NCBI GenBank assembly: GCA_040357565.1
Contig: JBDODJ010000073.1
Length of the DNA: 57,540 nt
Strand: one strand, 5' to 3'
Source of the DNA: Cercozoa sp. M6MM
Taxonomy: Eukaryota; Protista; Endomyxa: Ascetosporea
In this document: one piece after another, positions 48,896 through 57,540 of the stretch
Numbering within the stretch: position 1 is the first letter of the stretch
Layout: every line of letters starts with the position of its first letter
Notes under the pieces: model-generated
The model's input: the letters and a program-made list of their open reading frames with translations, nothing else
What the model was told of the DNA's origin: nothing
Databases searched by the model: none
Translations under genes and position numbers: made by a program

Positions 48896-49799
48896 TACCC
48901 TGCACGTGCACGTGGTTTTCGTTCGTTTCATTTGCTTGTCGCGATCGTGCGCCGTCCGGTCCGGTCCGGTCGCGTCGGTCGGCAGTTGTTCGTTGTTTGC
49001 GTCCACGTCACGTCAGTTCCTTGTTACTACGCTACGCTACGTCGCTTCATGCATGAAGACGACTCGACGGACGACTGCGCGGCGAGACGACTCGACGCCG
49101 CGGACTTCTCGTATACGCTAGCGCTACCTCCAGCCGCGCGCGCACCACCTGTAGTACCTGTGTTAACGCATGCGCAACCTCAAAGAAGATACTCTGGCCG
49201 GGACTGTTGCACCATGCGCTTGTGCCACAGGACAGGGGAAAGACACAGTTGGTTTCTTAAAATAGTAGACTGAACTAATAAACTCGCTAGTACGTCACTT
49301 CGTACGCGCTAACCTAAAGTTTTACTTTCTGCCTGCTTGCAAGCTAAATTTAGGTTGCCGATGTTTTACATGTCGCACCTCCGACGAAGATCGGCGGAGA
49401 GACTTGCATTGTTGCATTCGTATCACGCACCGGGGGCGGTTAGATCAAACTCAACTACTTTGGCCACCGAAACAGTGACTCGGAGTTCTCGTGCCAATCT
49501 CTGTCTCAGATCGTTCGGGCCTGCTTCCACGGATGCAAGGCGCGAAACGATGCGTACCCAACAATGGAGCCACGAAGCGGTGAAGGGAAGTTTCCAGCAG
49601 GCACGTCACTCCTCGCCTGTGGCGTGCGCTGCGCTGAGGTGCTCGGGAATGGGGGTATCTGCCCTACCGGCAGGATTCGCAGAACCTTGCGCTGGCGAGT
49701 TAATCGCGCGAAACGAACGAAATCCAGACCTACTTTCATGTACGTGTACACGTCGACAAGTTTCCAGTTTTCTCCAGTCCGACAAGAGTGAAACTCAGT

Positions 49800-52700
49800 T
49801 TACACGCGGTCCGGTGTCTTTTTTGTTCGGGCAGTCTTCCGATCAGGCCCAGGCACGGTTTTAGACTTACTGCCGACAGTCGATATCATCACTTTGATGT
49901 TCTCGGTTAGCGAGTGTTCTTCGTCAGGCAAAGAGCCTTCGCTGAGCGGCGATAGATCCTCATTCATCATTTCGTCGCCTTCGTCGTCGGACAGAGCCTT
50001 GAGGTTACCGCTACTGCCACGTACAGTCTTACTAGGGCGCATGGCGTTTCGTACAAACTGCGAAATCGAGTTGCGTCTTGCTAGTTTCAGCGAAGCTTCC
50101 TCTTCTAGCACTGTGAGCAAGTAATGCTACACTTAACTGTAACATGATCTTCAAAGCAATTAGCGCAATCTTACGACAGTGATCACGTCGCACTCGTGCG
50201 GACACCAACGACGCATGAAGCTCTTGTTGGGCATCTACAAAGTGCTGAGACTCTCTATTCGACGCAGAAGAGAGAAGGAAGGGAATTACGGTAGTTTTTC
50301 TTCAGTTGCGCGACTGCAAACTTGTCGATGCTTGGGCACAGTTCACCGGCGAGTTCAAAAATTGGCGATACGATGTAGCGAATGAACTGTATTTGCGACA
50401 GCGCCCGCTCTTCGTCTAGATTTGGAACGGTGTCGTCCATAAACTTCGACACTGGACGGACTGCTTCCCGTTCTCGTGCACCCTGCATGTAGAACTCGCG
50501 AGTGATGCGATTTGCCCACTTGCATGACAGGCGATCGCATTTGGCGGGGTTTCCCACGTCGGCACATTTGATGCAAAGGGCGAGCAGCAGGTCCTCATGT
50601 CCTTCGGTGAGTCGTCGATGTGGAGGCTTTGGTGCATTTAAGTCAGGTCCTAGGTGTTCTGATGCTGACGAAAAAATAGACACGGTGGACAATCGGAGTG
50701 GCGCACCGCCTGTGGTCGGGACGTGCAGCCGCTCGACTTGCAGGTCAGACCCTGGCAACGGTAGCGACTTGGCACTGTGCTGGGACTCAAGCACTGCGTT
50801 GTCGTCCGGAATCTCATGTGAGCCAGCAACGTCTATCGCTTCAACTCGTATCGTACGTGACTTGACTTCATCGATGAACTCAAAGTGTGTGCTTAGGTTC
50901 GTCGATAACACCAAGTCAATCACGCGAGCTTTGACCGCAGGGTATTTGTCTTCAGGAATCGACTCGAGAATGCACATCTTTGGGTGCCGCAGAACGGAGA
51001 AGGCAGCCAGTGCATGGTAGTTTTCGAGCACTTTGTCGTTCTTGAACAATCTAGCAATCTGATCGCACGAGCTCACCAAAAACTCGTTCGAAAGCCCAGG
51101 ATGGCGAAAGTCATGGATGACTCCTGCGAGCAGCAGACAGAAGAGGTCGAGTGCCTGAGGCTCCCAATCGGTGTCTTGTTCGAGTGCTCGCGCGAGCACA
51201 AGACTTGATTGTGCGACATCAGCAGCGTGCATAGAGTTATGATACGGGTTGCCCTTTTCATTGTACCCTGCCTCGACGGTGCGCAAAAATTCTACGCACT
51301 TGAGTTCATCGATACCGAGACGCTCGAACAAGTTGAGCCGGCTAAACAGGCAGTATCCCATGAAAAGCAGCGGCATTCCCTCTGTGTTGTCATTGAGCAT
51401 GAACAGTGAGAAGTTCCAGTCGTTGGAAAAGCGAAACAGATTGCGGGCAGCATTGAGATGCGACAGTGTCAAACGAGCGATTGGTGGCACGCTCTCACCT
51501 GTGTGTTGCCGTTCAAGGGTGTCAGGGGACGATAGATATGACAACGCCATCTCGATTTCTTGGGTTTCTGAAGCAATACTCTCGATGTCAATGACACTCG
51601 TGGCGTACCGCAGCACTTTCTGCAAACTCAGTTGCTCTTGTTTCCATGGTGTCTGCTGCAAGTCGTCGAACTCCTGTTCGAACGGAAGCACCTCGCTCAG
51701 ATCGTAAGAGAAGCCTAGGTCTTGCGTCAAAAACGCCAAGTCACTGCTTGTCATGCGCAGCGTCGACACGATTGACTGCGACAGCTTTGGTGGTCCCTCT
51801 TCAGTCACACTTCGCGAAGGTCTGCGCAACGACGAGATCTCTGTACGTAGGACAAGTGACAGATAAAGATATGTCTTTACCCTGCGATATGGATGCTTTG
51901 TGTCATTGACACGAGCGGGGCGTGTAAACTGATGGTTCTTGCAGCGGTGTCATGCACGTGGTGCATGGACAAAGTACAGCACGAGAGTAATCGCTTCCAC
52001 CAAGACCGTCGTCGCTCGATGCCGGCCTCCTCTTCGTCGAGCGTGTCTTCGTGAGCACCGAGTTGACGGTGCCGTATCGCGATTTCAGAAAACACCACGT
52101 GGTCAGGGTACACTCTAAAACAAGCAGGACGTAATATGGCTTTGGGAGCATATGAATTACAAAAAAGAAGGAAAGCTGGATTTGTATAGACATACTGCTC
52201 AAGATAGTCCGCGATGGCAGAATGCAGTTTGCGCCGCTGCTTGAACAACATCAGTTGGTAGACGCATTCGCGCATGAAGCCGTAGGTGAAGGAGTAAAAC
52301 CGATTCTCAGCTGCACCGGCAAGGTCACTGTCAGTGCGTTCGGCCGTGGCGAAGCTTCTCAACCTGATGTCATCTCGGCTGCCACTTCGAGCCATATTTC
52401 GTTTGCTCGCAGTGCTCACCACGCTAACTCCTGTCGTGTCTATGTCCGGTTGGTGGACAAGAAACGGTCGTTGCTCCGTTCGAACGAGAAATCCCAAGTC
52501 GACAAGTAACTGAGCATCGGCGGCGAGCCTTTCCCAGTTGCGGTACTTGCTAATTGGGTGAACCTCCTTCAGCATGCTCAAATCAAACGTGTTTGAGCAA
52601 AGTCCCTCCGCAACGCACATACATGAAGCCACTCGCAAAATGAATTGGTGCTGGGGCTGGATGCGGTCCAAGTGTTGTGCAGCGATTCGCCAAACTTTGA

Positions 52701-55566
52701 ACGGCACAGGAAACTCGACGATGAACTGCTGTTGCTCTAGTTCCTGCTCTAAGACCACTCCCACGGCATCCGGACTCGAGTGACTATGCATCAGCAATTC
52801 GGGACCGACCATGTGTATCACTGAGTTGCGCAAGTGGCGTCGCGACTCAGCGATCAGCGGCAGCCACGAAATGCCCGAGTTTGTGCGAAGGGTCTTGTTG
52901 AAGGCAGTACCACTTGGACCTGCTTTCGACTCTGTGATGATTTGAAGGACATACGTCGCCAAGCCGCAGTTCACTGCTTTTTCGAGTAGCAAAGGACGAC
53001 CTCCGGACATCTCGTGCAGAATTTGCGTCGCTTTGGCTGAGACGTCCTGCGTCGATGTGAGTGCTTTCACAAAGCTCTTCGAGTCCTCGGGCGAAAGGGG
53101 AGGAACGTTGAGATTCGCGACAATGGGAGCTCGTAAGATGTTCGGGTCACTACCAGGCTCGACATAGACGCACATTCTTTTGAGCTTTAAGTAGCCGATT
53201 GGCACAGCAGACCAAGGATTGGGCAGGTAAATCGGGTTGGACAGCGGTCGTGTGTTGATAATCATCGCAACGGTGTTGCTCGCAGAGATCATGTACTGCA
53301 TCGCCGGAGCCGAAGGATTCACCGACTGTCTTATGAGGGAAGTGAGATGCAACGCGAGCAGCCAGTCGATGTGAGTCATGAACTGCGCATCGTCAACTGA
53401 AAGGAGCAACGACTGCGAGTACTTTGACGTAATGCGCCCAATGACCACGAAAACCATCTTCGCCAACGCTTCAATATTTGTGGCGTCATCGACGGGGAAG
53501 GATTTGTCACCAAGTTCAAGCCAATCTTCTGCAGATGAACGACCTCGAGGGCGTCCCCTCGCCTCGGATTCTTCTGCCAGCTTGATAACAGCCTCGCGTG
53601 TTACTACCCCTTCGGGAAAAGAGGTGCCAAGAAGAAAGTTAAGCAAGTAGAGACGGTTGCGGCAGTCGGGAGCACACCGCTCAACTGCCCGGAGGATCCA
53701 CTCCTCTGGGTAACATCCGCCAAACGGACGAAAAGCGGTAAACAGTCGTTCGAACAGCATGCGAAACACTTCGAATTCGGACGGCAGGGCTTGTGTCGTC
53801 GACACACCGGAGACGGAAATTACCTTCATTGCTCGTGCACACTTTCTTTCGATCTGCTGTGACATGTGACTCTTTCCACAGCCCACATCCCCATCCAAAA
53901 GCAACACAGAGCCACTAATCGATCTCGGAAGGTCTGAGGCAAGAAGAGACAGTGTCCTTTCAAAGTCCTGTCGCACGAATCGATGTGACATGCCAGAGAT
54001 ACGCGCGGCGTGAGTGTGCGAGACGATCGAAGCCAGTGTAGAGCGGTCATACTCTTCAACTGCTGCTGTTTGCTGCCAAGCAGCGGCAGTATTGCGTTCG
54101 TTTGACCCCTGAGATATCCTTGGGCGTTCCAGCGAAGACACCATTGTCGCGAAAGCTTTGCGCGGAGCGTACACCGTGACCTTTTCCTTCTTGCCTTTCA
54201 CTGGGATAGGTTCTAGCTCTTCAAAATCAATCAGCTGAGAGGCACGAGAGGTCTTTGACGAAACGACATTTTGCGTGGCTCTGTTGCACAAAATCTTGTA
54301 CTTGTCTGACCTCATTGCAGCCTGCATCAAACGTGCCGATAGGTTCACTGTGTCGCCAAGCACAGTGTATTCGCGACGTGTAGATGTCCCGACAAGCGAA
54401 CAAAGTACGAAGCCGCTGGTGATGCCGATCGCAGAGGGGACTCCAACTCGCCTCAACATTGCTTCAAGCTCGATTGCCGCGAGAGTTGCACGTGCAGCGT
54501 CGGCGAAGTCAGAGTGCGCGAGAGGAGCCAAGCCAAAGACAGCAAGGATGATTGAACCTTTGTCGTCCACATTGAACTTGTTTAGAGAGCCTTCAAACTT
54601 GTAGATAGCCTGCTGAATCATCGACGTCACCATCTGCACCTCTTGCATCGCCTCCTCGGTCACCACTTCACACTTATGCAGGTTGCACTTGAACTGGATG
54701 TTGATGAACATTATCGTGATGTTGCGAAGCTCGGCGGCCCAAATGTTCTGATTAACTGCAAAGTACGGCACAACCGCTGCCGGGATGTACTGCTGCATGG
54801 TGCTTCGGAAGTTCTGCATGTGCGCATTTTTCATGAATGCCTTGCCAATACCAGCTTGCTTGACTCGCTTCAGACACGCTTTGATGCGAAAAAAACCGGG
54901 ATGCTCAGGAACTTCTTCGGCTTCGAAGTGATCTTCGATGCGACGGTATGCTTCTTCAGAAAGGACGACATCCCCCGCGTGGCAGGCTGCTTCGGCGGCG
55001 TACGCTTGGTTCAAAGGTTTGCCACATGCCAGGTACTCGACTCGTTTGTACTCGCCCCCGACGTGCAGAATGATCGCAGTACCAACACCGATCCCAAGTT
55101 TGACACTGAGGAACACCTCTTTCGCCAACTCTGCGTTGTGCATCTCTTCCTGGATTCCGAGACAGCACTGAGTCGCTCCATGTAGCATGTAAGCGAGGTC
55201 CTTCGCAGTCGGTCGCGCCTTTGGCGGAGGCCACAGGATCAACATCGCGTCTCCAGCAAACTTAAAGACGTCCCCTCCTCCAGCACCGACGTATCGCACC
55301 AACCTCTCAAGGTATCGATTCAAGTAAAACCCAAGCAACTCAATCCCTTCGGGACCTCGTGCTTGCAACGACTCCGACAGCTTTGTGAAGCCTGAGACAT
55401 CCGCAAAGAGAGCGACTGTCGTAACCTCTTGCATTTCCGGCACAAAGGGTTCATCGTCAGGCAAGCCTTCAGGCCTGTCAAGGATGTGTTGCTTTATGAC
55501 GACGGGCAGCAGCGACGCCATGCGCTTTGACATCGCGGCATCTTCTTCGATGCTCACTGATTTCAT
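49800..55566 (-). CDS. Soluble-type adenylyl cyclase (C1+C2) - P-loop/STAND NTPase - class I cyclic nucleotide phosphodiesterase, predicted as one fused gene (ends may extend by extra exons, e.g. to 49606)
   Basis: Cyclase: LFADVSGFT, KFAGDA, NKFNVDDKG, REYTVLGDTVNLSARLM. Walker A GDVGCGKS; Walker B LSVDDAQF. PDE: NPYHNSMHAADV, IHDFRHPG, LENYH, IKCADVGNP, EFYMQG, SQIQFI. Introns 52115-52195 (81 nt) and 51822-51880 (59 nt) join the two long ORFs in frame. Confidence 0.8.
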
Positions 55567-56308
55567 TCTTTCGTACCACACTGCCCCACACCCGGTGTTC
55601 TTGGAGCCGACGGCGAAGCTATGCTCAGGTAAACGTCACGAAGATTTGGTCGAGAGGTGCGGCGACCAATTGCCGCCCCCTGGGAAGCGAATGAAAACAG
55701 AAAATGAGCTTCAATTTTGCACGACAACAGAATGAACAAGATAGGATACCCACAGTTGGAAGTTGCAGTTTATTCCTTGCTTCTACGAAGGTACAGCGCT
55801 ATCACAGTGACCAGAGTCCTATCAGATGTCAAGACGTGACTTCCGCGCTGAAGCGAAACTGATTCAATTCTGTTGCACGCTCGTGGCAACTTGCGCCGGG
55901 GCTTCTTGAAGCTCACTGCTTAGACAAGAGACCTGACGAAGCGGTAAACAGCGTTGCTACGTTGATCGTTCCAGTTTTCGACGGCAGCCAAAACCTTAAA
56001 TGGCGCTGAATCGAGTTTCGAGTTATAACACAAACCTCGCGTTCTTGGCGCTTGGATGGTACCAACCTTCCCCGCGACAAGTCGTGTGTTCGTGAGTGAG
56101 TGAGGTGCTTAGTGGTCTTGGTTTCTACGTCGGCGGAAACTATCACAACTGGCTGCCGTCGTCGATGAAACCAGCATTCGCATACCCGGTGCAAGAATGT
56201 AACTGAAAATCATTCATTCTCTTGTTCAATAACGGAACACAACGACTTTTGGTTTCGCTTTAGTTCACAAACGAAAAGCGTACACGCCTCCTCATCCCGA
56301 CAAGCAAA

Positions 56309-57540
56309 ATGCGAACTTCCCACCAGTCATGTAAATTCGCTCATCCTCTTAGAAATTGTACCAGGTCGAGTCTTATTCACACTCGTGTCGCTTTTTGACG
56401 AATCTGATGATAAAGCAGATACGACAGCGGAGTAATGCTTGGTACCCCAAAAGTTAATACAGGCGATATCACACGACGATCATCCAAGTGAAGGCGCTTG
56501 GCCGCTGACATTTTAACCACGTAGACTGGGCACGCAAGGACACGAAGTACGATAGTCTGGCCGTCCGGCACCTGACGCCTTCTTTGTGGAAATCACTGTC
56601 GAAGAAAAAAACGGCCAATGGGGTAAAACTCCACCACCTCATACGCAGGTAGGTCCCATCCTGTAAATTGGAACCGATCATTTCCCTCCAGATAGAACCT
56701 CTCGTTTGCACTTTGACCAGTGGGGTCGAGCTTCGTGGAAGTCGTGTGGGTATATACGCGGGCGATGCGGAGAGCTACACTGCGTTTGAACAAGTCTTTG
56801 AGCCTGTGATCGCCGACATTCACTCAGTTCACCGAAAGGTCGATTCAAGCACGGTGCAAAAGTTTGATGTGGATCCGAATCACCTGAAATCACCCAAAGA
56901 AAATGTACCTTCGTACCTATTCTTTTTGTGCCAAGGTGGAGTTGGGTCCCTGTTGCACTAAGCAGTTTGCGTACTACATCTAATGCACAGTGGCTGAAAC
57001 ACGTAGAGTCAGTTCGTATTCGTGTGGTCCGAAACCTAGATGCGCCTTTCACAACCACACAGTCTCGGTGCGAACGACGCGAAACTGAAGAGGTTATATT
57101 TATCCTCCCTGCGATTGAGTTGTCACCTAAGTCGATAGAAGTGTTTTCGCGTTTTCACAGATTCTAAAGAGCGTCTTTTCGAGCCTACCTGCCAGTTTGT
57201 CCGGTGAATACACTTCGCTGGCTGATATGAGTGGAGACGAACAACTGTACCTTGCCCACAAACACCTGCTTTACAATCTGCGCGACGATTTTCTCCTTAG
57301 CGTACGTCCACTGCCTCTGTTATAAACTGTTTTCTGTCACTCTTCGAGAATGAACACGGTTATGTAAGTTTAGGCCGGTGCAGAGGATCACTGGCCAGCG
57401 GGTCGAGGTGTTTTCCGCGTGAAAACTGAAGGAACCGAAGATGGTGGCAAAGGCGATGTGTTGAATCTCAGCGCCTTTGTGGGGCATGAAGGTATAAATA
57501 CTTAGCAGTGCTTAAAGAGTTCTCTTCAGCTTTTTTTTTT
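56309..57540 (+). CDS. ATP:guanido phosphotransferase (arginine/phosphagen kinase), 3'-truncated, start uncertain
   Basis: CTLTSGVELRGSRVGIYAGDAESYTAFEQVFEPVIADIH, VESVRIRVVRNL, LSGEYTSL and HWPAGRGVF are phosphagen kinase motifs. Confidence 0.85.

Noticed and set aside
51841-51880. 40-nt intron using the nearer TACAG acceptor
   Set aside because: It puts the PDE out of frame (stop after about 13 codons) and is shorter than typical introns here. It remains possible as a cyclase-only isoform.
53378-55735. Long plus-strand ORFs opposite the cyclase gene (and opposite the PDE)
   Set aside because: Antisense shadows of long coding exons with no recognisable motifs.

Overview
A gene-dense eukaryotic (protist) nuclear window using the standard genetic code, with about 24 protein-coding genes. 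Most genes are split by many short GT-AG introns (mostly ~50-80 nt, some expanded by (CA)n/(AT)n or C-rich repeats), so most ORFs in the supplied track are exon/intron fragments. Recognisable genes: alpha-actinin-like C-terminus, an OSCA/TMC-superfamily channel-like protein, an ABHD13-like hydrolase, a CDPK, a PH+RCC1 protein, CstF-50, nuclear SDH3, SF3B5, a triple-SPRY protein, RPS23, a CDK9/CDKC-like kinase and a phosphagen kinase. CDPK signatures hint at Rhizaria (inference, unverified). The main candidate novelty is a soluble-type (ADCY10-like) adenylyl cyclase + P-loop NTPase gene that one 59-nt intron joins in frame to a class I cyclic-nucleotide phosphodiesterase, giving a single cAMP make-and-break enzyme. 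Other points of interest: a 5' splice-site consensus dominated by GTAC, a small non-LTR retroelement family with a target-site duplication and a conserved structured 3' end, a CDK with a ~105-aa acidic activation-loop insertion, a likely catalytically dead permuted NlpC/P60 protein, telomere-like intronic repeats and a tRNA-like pseudogene. All exon models were built by hand and need RNA-seq confirmation.
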